A stretch of 64,000 nucleotides of DNA from Nageia nagi (GCA_050084985.1 JBITNC010000001.1:91140001-91204000); one strand, 5' to 3'. Positions 52,375 to 64,000 are shown, numbered from the stretch's first letter. Numbers and translations: made by a program. Notes: a model not told the origin generated them from the letters alone.

Positions 52375-52872
52375 TGTTGAAATGTATAATGCATTATTGT
52401 AAAGGTTATGTAATAATCTTCTATGTAAGTTCACTAATACTGAAGGCTATCATTTGATACCTTAAGTATTTAAGTGAATATGATAATGTAACTTGTCTTA
52501 CACTCCATGTCATGAGCATGCCCTTTGGGTAAAAGGATGTGTATGTCATGCTTTTGTACATTGAGTAAAAGGGTGATCCAAAGAGGGATTTTGGCTTATA
52601 AATAGAAGGCTCCCTCTTTGGATCAAACACCAATTTGTGGAGTAAAGTTATGCTAGAGGATAGTGTTTAGGAGTTGAGATTATGAGAATTGTAAGAGTTC
52701 ATATTTGACATTAAGGAAGATCTAGTTAGTGGATGTACTCTTAGTTGGAGGAACCACTTACATCTTGTGTTATCTTTGTGAGATTGATTTGTGAGTTTGT
52801 TAGATGTGTATTGTGAGCTTTCATGTGATCTTAGGAGTTTAGAGTTGTTTAGTTTATAGTTCAGCTCTTTCA
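52375..52872 (+). repeat. 3' LTR of element C
   Basis: TG...CA, direct repeat of 44782-45279. Confidence 0.97.
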
Positions 52873-53420
52873 TGAATTACCCTTGGAGGGAGTCATGGTG
52901 ATCTTGCTTGCAACGTTGCTTCTCAAAGGTTGTGCGTGGGTTTCCAGGTGAAGAAAATGCCCACGTGGTGATAGCTAGCCCCCCAAGTGCTTGCGCTAGC
53001 CCTAGGATGCACGAATGATGATATTCAAGCACAAAAATCTACAATTTGCTGCTATCTTGGCGTAAGGGTAGAAGAGGAGCAAGTTTTAAATTTGAGAAAA
53101 TGAGATCCCTAGGCTTGTATTTATAGCCCATCTAGCTTCCAGCTTGCCCTAGTCGGCTAGGGTTATCGACAAACCTCATTATAGCCTTCCATCTGGTCGA
53201 CCTTGAAATGTGTGTTGGCCCAGAAACTCATGCAAAGCCACGATGTGCTAGCCCTAGGAGTTTGTATACTTCCAATGTTGGGTGTCCTGCCTTCATGCTT
53301 GCTTGTCTTGATCACCTAACTCACCCAGTAACCTGATTTTTCTTGATTTTTGGTCTTTTGGTTGGTTGGACTTGTCAATTTTGGTGTCTTATCTCAATCT
53401 AGGCAACCTGTGGGCTTGGC

Positions 53421-54163
53421 GTATGCTTCCAAAAGTCAAGTTTGTGACTTTTTGAGGCATGCGTCAGCCTTGCCTGTCCATCCAGCCTGGTCGCATGGTT
53501 CAAAAAGATAAGATTTTGTCTTTTTAAAGCATGTGCCAACCTCCAGTTAGCCTATTTTTCAGAATTTGATCTTTAAATGCTCATGCCTTAGCCAAATTTT
53601 TACCTTTCTCAAATCCAGGAGGCTTCTTGGGCTTGGCGCACATTTCAAAAAGTCAAGAATTTGTCTTTTGAGACCATGCGCTAGCTTCTCTAGGTATGCT
53701 TGAGCTGGTCTTGAGTTTCTTGGGTCTATGCCTTCTCAATTTTTCCACTTTGCTCAGACTGATAGCCTTTCTAAGTTTGGTGCATGGTTCAAAAAGACAA
53801 GATTTTGTCCTTTTGAGGCATGCGTTAGCCTCCTAGGAGCCCAGGGTTCATTTCCCGGCCTTCAAACTCGCTCGACTTGTCCTCCTGGCCAAGTCGCATG
53901 GTTCAAAAAGACAAGATTTTGTCTTTTGAAACCATGCGCCGGCCTTGTAATGCCTTTGCCTTAGATTTTCGAGCTTCCTTTTTCTCCCATTTGCTCCCTA
54001 TGTCTGGTTCATGCCTAGGAAAGACAAAATTTTATCTCCTGGAGGCATGGGCTGGGCCTGCAAGTGCCCAGATTCCATCTTTGAGCCTTCTTTCTTGTTT
54101 GGATGACTCCCAAGCCCAGTCACATGGTTCAAAAAGAGAAGATTTTGTCTTTTGAAACCATGC
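53421..54163. repeat. Array of seven 42-bp palindromic repeats separated by largely dissimilar spacers, within element D
   Basis: Type copy gcatggttcaaaaagacaagattttgtcttttgaaaccatgc. Copies start at 53421, 53493, 53638, 53782, 53896, 54009 and 54122. Confidence 0.92.
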
Positions 54164-55438
54164 ACCAGCCCTTAGAGATGCCCAATTTGCCTTGATTGGG
54201 TTCCGATTCTTACTAGACTCCCTAGTTCACCCAAGATCGGCTTTTATCCCTCCCAGACTTAGCCATTTTTAGAGATTTTGAAATTCCTAACTCAACATGA
54301 CTAACCCTAGACAAAGGGAGAGGTTTTGAACTATTAGGAGTTTGTCCATGAATCTGGGACTCTAAGACGGAACTTGGTTAGGACTGATGATGACAAAACG
54401 AAGTATATACATTGGTGCATTGAGGGTCCCCAAAATCGCAGGATTTTGGAACATGTGTTTCAGTCACAACACACGTGTCTCTTTATTGTTATTTGTTTTT
54501 TGTTACTTCTGGAATTTGGATGATTAATATGAAAATTTTCACATAAATATTGTGTATCTAGACATAAATCTCACAAGTATAATTGAAAGGTTTGTTTTTG
54601 AATTTGAAAATTGATACCACAATTCTTTTTAATTCAGCTTGAATGTCAACATCCAAACTTCTGTAAAGATGTCATTTTTACGACGAAAGTTAAGATTTGT
54701 CTTTCATTTGTGTTGATGAAAAATAATTTCTATTAGCCACAAATTAACGTGACTAATAAGTAATAAACCAAATGAAACTCTTTAGGATAGGTGGCTTCTT
54801 TGCAGAGTGTATTAGCTACATATACTTATCACATACTTTCAAAATGCTTCTGTATGCACAGTTTGGTCAGTATTTTAAAATACATACCCTTAATAATTAA
54901 CGAGTAAGACAAAACTTCCATTGCCACTATTTGTTTGGGGAAATGCTTGCTTGGTATTGAATTTTTTCGATAATTGTAATCCTTCCATGGTCCTCCTCCA
55001 TATTGATGAATTTTCCATTGCCATTAGTTGAGGAGTCTGTTTTTGTGGAAGATTTTCTTTGTTTTGACCTCTTCAATAGTGACGATTCCAAATGAAATTC
55101 ACATTCACATTGAACAAGGGATCAACAAAGGAATGCATACCAATGGCCACAACATATCAATTTTCTTTCTTGTGAACATGATAAAAGGAAACACAATTAT
55201 ATTACGGAGTTGTTGTTCTCATTTTAACTGCTGATTTATGAATGATAAAATTTCACTGCACCTCATTTTTTTCAACCATTTGTGTTCTTGCATATGCAAG
55301 TGCTTATAATTAAAGTTATAATTGAAATCCTTGAGATTGAGATTAAACAGGAAAGACTTTACTTCATTGTCTATTTGATGTTGGATATATATTATATAAA
55401 ACATAAGGGTTATATATACTTTTATTGTTTTCATGCAG

Positions 55439-55558
55439 CATTCAAGTCGGTTTGATGAGCTTCCAGATGAACTTGATCCATTTGGAAAATTGCCTGGATC
55501 AATCGATGATGGGGATCCGCAGACAACTAATCTTTATGTTGGAAATCTGTCACCTCAG
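55439..55558 (+). CDS. RRC1: RRC1 coding exon 6 (HSSRFDELPD...GDPQTTNLYVGNLSPQ; RRM RNP2)
   Basis: tgcag| acceptor, 120 nt. Ends at a GC donor (CAG|GCAAAT). Confidence 0.93.
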
Positions 55559-55678
55559 GCAAATCTAATTTCTGGCCATATTCTGCTCATCAGCTTATAT
55601 AAGCAAGTCACCTTGGATATCAAACTCCAAAACAAGGTGTTTCTGACTTTTTAGATTCTACGTGTATAATGATGTCAG

Positions 55679-55844
55679 GTGGATGAAAATTTCCTTCTGC
55701 GGACTTTTGGACGATTTGGTCCTATTGCCAGTGTTAAGATAATGTGGCCAAGAACAGAAGAGGAACGCAGAAGGCAACGCAATTGTGGCTTTGTTGCTTT
55801 TATGAATAGAGAAGATGCTCAAGCAGCTAATGATGAAATGCAGG
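55679..55844 (+). CDS. RRC1: RRC1 coding exon 7 (VDENFLLRTFGRFGPIASVKIMWPR...NCGFVAF...DEMQ; RRM RNP1)
   Basis: tcag| acceptor and G|GTCAGT donor. Near-invariant SR140 RRM. Confidence 0.96.
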
Positions 55845-56318
55845 GTCAGTGTGTTTTTGATATGGAGAATTTTTTAAATTACTACAGCATAGTTTTGGTA
55901 TGCCTGGCTTTCTTGCAGTAAGCAACTAAATGAAATGTTACTTTAGCTTCCTACACAGCTAGGAGAACTTGGTATGTGCTCTATGAATGTTCGTGTTTTG
56001 TTGAAACAAGAACTACAGATTTATGCAACAAATGCTTGAACACAATATGAATGCTAATCAATTATGTTGGAAGTGAGTGACCTATTTGAAGTTTCTGCCT
56101 TCTCTGGTAGAAGTTCTTTGTACCAACAGAGCTAGTTTCATGCTAAGGATTACATTGTTGGCAGCATTGCTGTGATATTATGCATTTTCCCTACCCATCC
56201 TTTACTCTTTTGTCTTTAATATACATTATGAGCATTTTGGATGGAGTTGGGCAGATTGGGCATTTTGAGAAAAATTGTTGAATTTGTGCATAGTTTCGTT
56301 ATTCTTTATCCATCCATA

Positions 56319-56470
56319 TTTTTTCTGTTTGGTTGAAATGGGTTTTGAAAGGCTTTCAATCCTTTTACATTTGGAACACATTGGCACTTATCTGTCTGTA
56401 AGGGGTGGGATTTGAATCTGGGATTCCAATTCCCTAAGTTTTCCAATTCCCCTAACAAGTGGAGATCATG
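56319..56470 (-). mobile_element. tRNA-derived SINE, second copy
   Basis: Aligns with 15593-15785 (ttggttg...gggttttgaaagg...ccttttacatttgg; gggtgggatttgaa; ggagatYatg). Confidence 0.62.
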
Positions 56471-56686
56471 TTCTTTCTGTTATTAATAAAGCTTATTTTC
56501 TTGATTTTTTGGTGCTTTTGGTTTTATTTGGAAGATGATTGACATCTGACACCAGGTAGCTTGTAGCATTGTAGTATGTGATTGAAATAGTAAACTACTT
56601 TAAATTATACAATAATTGAAGAAATGCTTATTGCATTCTTTATATATGGAGACACTAACACTAAATTGGATTTTATACAAATCTAG

Positions 56687-56799
56687 GCGTTGTCATATAT
56701 GATTATGAACTAAGAATTGGCTGGGGTAAATCAGTATCACTTCCTTCTCAAGCTCTTCCTGCACCACCACCGGGTCAAATGGCTGTTAGAACGAAAGAG
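56687..56799 (+). CDS. RRC1: RRC1 coding exon 8 (GVVIYDYELRIGWGKSVSLPSQALPAPPPGQMAVRTKE)
   Basis: tctag| acceptor and GAG|GTTTGA donor. YEL.IGWGK.V.LPSQALPAPPPG motif. Confidence 0.95.
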
Positions 56800-57059
56800 G
56801 TTTGATTGGATCTAAAGATATTCTTTCAACATTTTACTTCTTGAGATCAATTTGATGAAGTAACATCCTTTTTTACTTGTATAGTGTTATAGAACTAATT
56901 GTGAATGTTTATAATTTTGTGAAGAGATTTGAGCAGCCAATTTTTGCATTGGAATATTATTCTATTTATGCTATGTGGACTCTAGGCTAGATGTTTTCCA
57001 GATATTTACAGTACATAATTCACTTTATTTAAATATATTGTATGCTTCCGTAAAAGCAG

Positions 57060-57128
57060 GGTGCTAAAGTGGCTTGGTCAGGTTCTGGTGCTCCAACTCC
57101 TGTTGTTCCAAGTCAGGCAGCCGAGGTG
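57060..57128 (+). CDS. RRC1: RRC1 coding exon 9 (GAKVAWSGSGAPTPVVPSQAAEV); gene continues beyond the window (SURP/CID domains not seen)
   Basis: aagcag| acceptor and GTG|GTAAGT donor. 69 nt, phase 0. Positionally equivalent to the linker before the SURP domain. Confidence 0.85.
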
Positions 57129-59279
57129 GTAAGTACAAACTGGGAATTCTATAATATTACTGAGAACAAAAGTCAGACCTTTCATGAGGGTGTTAAGTAG
57201 TCTTGGCTTACATTGTCATATGTGCGCAGTTTTTGTTTGCCAAAAAAAGAGCTTTTTCTTGGTAGATACTGTATTCGATGTCTTGGACGAATAGCTTTAT
57301 TTTGTTTGCACCATGGGACTTTAGCTATGAGACAAGTAATCTTCTGTGTATCATTTACCTGAGCTGAAACTTTCCTTCGTATTATGGAAGTGCCTGCAAA
57401 GGGTACGTCATAGTGGAAAAGTGCAAAAGGACCTACTAAGGAATACCCTTTTTATGGGAATTACTTCTGGACTTGAATTGTTGTTCAGGAATTTTTCCAG
57501 CTTTCCAACAAAATCTATACAAGAGAGATTGCTATATACTTACATAATTATGTGGTAGTTTTTTGTATCATTCTTTTGCTTCCTTGTATGTTGTATTGTA
57601 ATTATTTGTTTATTAAGGTCCAGTTTGGTCTAGTTATTGGTGAGTCAGCCACTTGATCAGTTGTATCTTATTCTGGGACTTTGACCCTCTGACTCATATC
57701 TTATTATTTTTTTACACTTTTTTTTTATGTTTCTGTTTTAACATCATCTACTGAATGTCGTATGCAAAAGCACAATAACTTTCATAGAGAAGTTTTGGAA
57801 CTTGTAATGGAATGTACTGGTTACTTTTCAGTTTGGATGCTTCTGTGTGTTGCAGATGCAAACTAAAAGGAAGCATTGAATGTCACTTTACATCTTCAAG
57901 CAGTAAACATAACACTTCCAATGTCAACATGACTTTTGATGATCCATCATGAATCAATGAAGTGCTAAACCGATTATGTTGAAGTGTGAAATCAGATTTG
58001 GGTAGATTTCTTTTACTGGCCTATATGGTTTGGTGATTGGCCTAACCTTTTGAGAAGCTGTTGGAGGTGTAAACTGGGAGGAATTGCTTGTAAAGTTTCA
58101 GGACCTTCATATTTTTGGCTACTAAGTTATTGCAACAGGACAGTCCTGGGCCACTCTAGCTTTTGCCTGGGAAACTGCCTGGAGTACTTTAGAAGCAGGA
58201 AGGGTACAGAGCATAATGAGATGGAAGATTCAGAACAGACATATTTTGTGCCATGAACCAATGTGTCCTAAATTTTCATGGCGATTAGAGTTCCTAGGTA
58301 TGAGAGTGGTTTTAGGGACAAACACCATGAACATTGGAATATAATCATGTAGCTAGAGCATGTTGGGAATGTTGGTTTGTTGTTGTTACAACCATCTGGA
58401 ACTTGTACACGGCCTTTCAACTTTACTATAAACTAAATTAGTTAATCTTATATTACAGGGCACATGTTTCCATTTTTCTACAGTCCTCATTTAATGCTAA
58501 ACACTTGCCTTATTACTTTACGTTTTGAAAGATAATCAATCACTTCTCTCAAATGCCCAGTCTGTGTGGAACTAGATGGAGGATGAATGGCATCCAGACT
58601 GATGATATTGCTGCTCTGAAACAGATTGATAATTTGCAACACAGTATCACAAAAAAAAAAACATTGAAGCCCTAGTAACATTGAAGCCCATATGATGGTA
58701 GACAGAAATGAGATTGATTAATGAAGTGCCTATACCCCTTCTGCTGCTTAGATGGCACATTTCTAAAGTTGAATATCACCTTCATCCTTTTTTCCTTGGG
58801 AACAATTTTTTGGTGTCAACAACTTGCCCGACAGTCTAGCTTTGTGTGATTGTTGCCACACGTTGTGGTACCAGTGGAGCGATCATTTCACTGTTAACTT
58901 GTTGAACATTTCTGCAAAGATGACATCGCTATTGAATTTCTTCAGACACTATGCACAATCATTATAGATGGCATCATTTTGTTATAGATATTCATATTAT
59001 ACTGTTAAAATAATTTGTTCTTCACGTACTCGAAGAACTTTTGAATTTTGTGTGTAGCATACAAAGTGTATGAATATTTGTGCCTTAAAGTTTATGCTCA
59101 GATGGAATGATGATGTCTACTAATCTATTTTCATGCACATTATGCTGACAGTTATGTTGTCTCTCCCAACTTATGACTATTGTTGGATGTCATTTGTTTC
59201 TGCTGCTGCTGAATGAAATTGACTCTCATTCATATCGGTGGCAGCCCTCACTACTTAACTCATCCAGAGCAAATTTATA

Positions 59280-61100
59280 TCCAAGGCCCTTTCTCTATTA
59301 AACATCGTAGGCTAATGAGTTCTTTACGTCCTTTCCCATGAACCGACTCACATCCCCTTTACCTGCAGGGAGTATCAGTGTCTTCACTTCAGGAACCAAG
59401 AATTTCTTGCCTGTAGATGAAATAAACTCCCCATTGTCGTCAACAATTCCACTTAAAACTTTTGGTTTACCCTCCCTGGAAAACCTTTTAACATTCATAC
59501 ATATTCTTGGGTGTCATGCTAATTCTGTTATTGACATTCCAGACCAGTTTATTCTCCATGTTTCCTTTCCTTCTGCATCATGCCATAGTCTCATTCCTAG
59601 AGACATAGAAATGGCTCTAAGGAAACTAAGCACAATAAAGACAACAAATTGTAATGGGTTCAAGCAGAGTTTCTCAAGTGCAGCATTGAGTCGCTTTGTT
59701 TATTCCACTTTGGAATTGTTTAATTATTTTCACATTGGTTTCTTCCCATCCTAGAGGTATCATATTTTTCGCCCTATATACAAATTTGAGGATAGTTCAG
59801 ATTGCAATAACCATAACAGATTCCAATGACCATAAATTCATGATCGGACACACTTTTCCTAAGCTTTATGCATAGTGGTGGATACTAAGCTCTGTGATAA
59901 TTTGCTGCAAATCAGGCTTTTTGCTGTTTGGTGAGGTTTCAGAATCCTTTGACACAGTTTGTCGCTATTGTGATGCATCTGAATGAGGTAGTTGTTTGGC
60001 TTTCCCAAACTGGTGTACACCTTTATGATGATATCATAATTACGATTGGGATTAAACAACGGTGCCCTCATTCTTCCACCCTTTTTGGGATCTACATTTA
60101 TGAGCTTAAAGATTTCATTCATCAACACACTCATTCACAGGATGGTTGTTTACTATCTCATATTCGTATTGTTATTTTGATCTTTGGTGACGATTTTATT
60201 CTTATGGCATGCTACCTTGAGGACTTGAATTGTAGCTAGATGCTCTTTCTTACTTTTGTGAACTTTGTTAGCTTGCACTTATCCTTAGGAAAACTAGGAT
60301 ATGGTCTTCATGTCCTCCAAACAAGTTTGTTTGAGTTTTAGTTCTACAAGGAGATCCCATCGAAATTGCAATATCCTACATGTAGCTAGTAGTTCAATTT
60401 ATTGGTCCTTCCCTCAATTGTAATCTTGCTGCAAAATACATTTTTGTAATTTTGGAATCCCAGTGTTTTTTGATACATGTCTAGCACATCCCTAAAAACA
60501 TGCATTTCTCATGGAATCTCCATCTCAGAAGTATATTTAGGATCATCTTCTCTTGTCAAAGGTCCATGGGTGGCTGTTTGTTTTTGCAGGACAGATAGTT
60601 CTCTTTGGCTGTATGCCTGTCTGAGTGGGTTTGAAGGAGCTTCAGTGGATGACATTGAGGTTGGTATTCTAAGACCAATCTTCTTCTAGACACCATTCAC
60701 ATCTTTATATATTGACTTTCTAATTTCAGATACTCATTGAATACTCAACTCCTACCAGATACTAAGAGGACCAATAAAGCAATCAGAGGATATCTATGAA
60801 CAATATATCCTGGTTAGATGGTCATGGACGTCTCTTCCCTAACATCTCAGCCCCACAATGTTATTTTACTCCCAACATTACTTAAAGTATTATGGTATTA
60901 TCACTTATTTAGTCCATGTTCAATGACATTGGACTGGTAACCTCAAGATATCACTTGACCAGCTTTTAGTTTGTTCTCATCAGTTGTAAGTCAAGATAGA
61001 TCATCACGTTCCTAAATGTTCAGGTGTGGAAGATTTTATTCTTTACTTAGAGATTCGAGGTTTCACTCACTACATTATTTAGAGATTAAAGGAGGCTTCA
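59280..61100 (+). mobile_element. Degenerate non-LTR retrotransposon RT remnant
   Basis: TIGIKQRCPHSSTLFGIYI and LIFGDDFIL (decayed GxxQGCPLSPxLF and YADD), plus IMIGHTF upstream. Boundaries approximate. Confidence 0.75.
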
Positions 61101-62212
61101 AAACCCAACATGTTAATACTTCAGTATGATGCTATTGGTACAGGGAGCTGAGTGCCCCTATGATGCTATCAGTATCCTTGTTGATGGGGACCAACTAGTG
61201 CTACCTTGTATCCCTTCATGTGTTTTTGTTAATCTCTCTCTTGGTATGGTAACTGCTGCGCTTTGGCATCATACATTTACATTCTTGTTTATGTGCGAGA
61301 TATTGTAATGCTTGCTGTGACCCTTGAAAATCGTTGTTTGATCTTTGGAGATTGTATTCCAACCGCAAAAACACTTTTAGCAGCAACCTTGAAACAACCT
61401 GAGAGAGATCCTTAGAAACACCCTTGCAGACAAGCTTATAACTTAAGAAGGGAGTGTAGAAATGCATTTGAAGAGAAGCATACAAATTTTCTTTGAAAGT
61501 TTTTGGTGCAAAAGTTGTGATATATTTTTGGGCAAAAATTTTAAAGGGATTCTTTTTTTGATTCTAACTAGTTTCGATGTCCATAGCTCCATTGTATTAT
61601 GTAGCAAATGGAAACCTTTAGCTTTGAACATGCATTTATTTGTCTTAGAGATGTGGAATATTGCACAAGGAGGAGCTTGATTATCTGAACACTCTACTTT
61701 AGCAGAGCCAGGGCTTCCAATCAACCGAATGATTTTATGCCCATTTTTCTTCTTAAGCTCGTTTGACTCATCTAGCCAGGGAGGGAGGGTGGAGGCGGGT
61801 CTGTTATCTACCTCTAGCAAGTGGCACCAGGCTACTAATATATAATGAAACAGGAATATATGGGTTACGTGTGCTGATATTCGATTCCGTCTATCTATCT
61901 AGAAGCATGGGATGGTGGGAATGAGGGACAGAAGGAAGACTACAACTGGATATAGAAGGTTGCACTCATCGATTCTTGACCTTATTTATCAGTAGGCTTG
62001 CTTGTAACCAACTAAATCTCTGCTGTTCCACTCCGGACCCCAGGAAATATGATTGATAGTGCCCACCTCCCTCAGCATCACTATAGCTTGCCTTTGAACC
62101 GCTGTGTCTAGTCAGCCGGTCTGATTAAAGGAGACTTAACTCTGTATACCTTCCATACTACTTCAAAGCTACACTATTTCTTATCCATGTTTTCATCTAC
62201 ATGTATATTTTT

Positions 62213-63066
62213 GGGAAACTATTGAAAACACCCCTATAATTTAATGCAATATCAAAAATACCTCTATTTTTCAAAAATATCAAAAATCCCCTATTATCAC
62301 CTTGACAGAGTATACCTGTTGAAGCATGACTACCACATCCACCCACGCTATGAAGGATTTCATGCCCACCTCGACTTTATCAACAACCATCAGATCAATG
62401 AGAACAAAAAGGATATCTGACGTGGAGGAGAGGCCTTCATATCTATGGCCTCCGTTGCCTACACAGACTTCCCACCCATGTTTGATGGAGCATGCCACGG
62501 CCTTCTGCACTTATTGTCTACTGTAGGGTATGATTATGAGCGAAAGTCTGTGCATGGAGGGTTCTGTGAATCTTAAATGTTGCAGAGAAAACCAAAAAAG
62601 AGTATCAAATTGTGAAGAAGAAGAAGGTTCATCAGATGCAGTGGTGAGATTCGTTACTCCATTCATACATAAGCATGATATGAGATGGGCATAAGCATAT
62701 GCGATGCAGTAAAAGCACAAATACAATAAAACAGTGCACATTAAACGCACCATCTAGGAGATGAACCCTTGTTAGCAACATTTATCACAGTTCTGGAGGA
62801 TTCAGCAATGGACTTTCCACATTGTGATTCGACATTCGAATCCAAGTTTTCTTCAGAGAATAATCAGAATTGGTGGATGAAATTCTTCAGTCTTAGGAGT
62901 CAGGTTTGGCACAAGTAAAATATTATTTGCCATTATCGAATACCGGAAGTTCTTGAAAAAAGCTTGTGGAACAAACATTATATCACGGGTATTTTAGATA
63001 TTTCTGAAAAATTAGGGACATTTTTGATATTACGTTAAATTACAGGGGTATTTTGGATATTTTCCC
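62213..63066. mobile_element. Non-autonomous Mutator-like element (854 bp), possible Pack-MULE
   Basis: ~75-bp imperfect TIRs gggaaa.../...tttccc and perfect 9-bp TSD TATATTTTT. TIRs are related to the MITE at 39333. Confidence 0.9.
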
Positions 63067-64000
63067 TATATTTTTTTTATAATAATTATATCCCTCTTTA
63101 TTTTTGCTTAATGTTTGTATAGTATTTTGAACTAGAGATTGGCCAGTAATTGTGCACACTTACTCAAACAATATGCAGAGTTAACAATGTTCCACTTCAG
63201 CTTACGACAATGAATTAATGACATGTCTACTATATTGCCATGCTATATATTTCCTTATGTTCTGGTTGGAGCATTTTTTTTGAAATGTGTAATTATGTTG
63301 CATAAAAATATGCTGGACCATTTCTTGTTACATCTAACCCGTTGTAGCTGTACACCTCACAGTAAAAGGAGCATAACAGCTGCACATGTTGACCCAAAAA
63401 TCCATACATTAAGAGAATGGCATATATGGATGTTCCACCCATTGTCAAGGTCTTTTGATATATGTGTTGCACAGCATATAACATTTGCTACAATTACTAG
63501 TGTTAAATTAGAAGTAGAATACTAAGCATAAGATACCCGTATGTCTAATTCATTACCAAATTTCTTTTTAAATGATACATTTAAATTGTTAAGTATTCAT
63601 TTCTTTCAGATAAAATATCTTCACAGGCACAACTATTGGACCTACTGTAGATATTGTTTCCTCTCCTTTCTATGATAACCACATCGGTCTTGTGTATTAA
63701 TTTGCCATGATTTTACCTTTTTGTCCCATATTTCTATGTCTCAAAAGGTGCATTGATTGTCACGTAATATCTTAATTAGAGTAAACTACCTAAATGGTTG
63801 GAGCAGACAATCTCTGGATGAGATGCACAAAACTAATTTTTTTATAAAATAGCCTTTGTTGATAGAACATATACGCAATTCCATGTGATCTATGTGATGC
63901 ACGTACTCTATCAGTGAACAAATAACTCCACATCCATTTGTAAAGAAATGCATTGTAGTCCCTTTATGAATCGTCATTTAAAGCAGATTCTAATAGAAAC

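Larger units (their letters stand above)
44782..52872 (+). mobile_element. Full-length, defective Ty1/copia element 'C' (8091 bp) nested in D, in RRC1 intron
   Basis: Two 498-bp LTRs, perfect TSD TGAAT (44777-44781 / 52873-52877), PBS, PPT and the full copia domain order. Confidence 0.98.
41625..54471 (-). mobile_element. Element 'D': large solo LTR-like element (~4.75 kb once nested element C is removed) containing an ORF
   Basis: Termini TGTTG...CAACA. 5-bp TSD cacat (41620-41624) / cacgt (54472-54476). No internal direct repeat, PBS, gag or pol seen. Two TATA boxes on the minus strand (53118-53126 and 42505-42514). Confidence 0.8.

Noticed and set aside
53421-54163. CRISPR array (palindromic repeats with unique spacers)
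   Set aside because: Plant nuclear LTR context, degenerate repeats, spacers of 30-103 bp and no cas genes. Reported as a palindrome array instead.
57129-64000. Next RRC1 exon (SURP domain, LTPNVPDI-like)
   Set aside because: I could not find it by eye. It is presumed to lie beyond the window.

Overview
Eukaryotic plant nuclear DNA, probably a gymnosperm (inferred from the giant TE-filled introns and the TE repertoire). The only host gene is the 5' part of an RRC1/SR140 (U2-associated splicing factor) orthologue on the + strand. It has a putative 5'UTR exon, then 9 coding exons (17374-57128, 942 nt = 314 aa, RRM complete) and continues beyond the window. Two introns are 20.9 kb and 16.2 kb, and one is GC-AG. 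The rest is nested mobile DNA: three related Ty1/copia elements (one full-length with TSD), an older copia remnant, solo LTRs, LINE remnants, tRNA-derived SINEs, a hAT-like and two MULE-like non-autonomous elements, and a caulimovirid-like capsid/protease fragment. The most unusual items are: (i) a ~4.75 kb solo LTR that contains its own gene (PMD/Transposase_32-like by eye), preceded by seven regularly spaced 42-bp palindromes; (ii) RNase H-bearing LINEs carrying an extra ORF of similar type after ORF2; (iii) SINEs that appear to share their 3' tail with those LINEs. All family assignments were made by eye from motifs, with no database searches.
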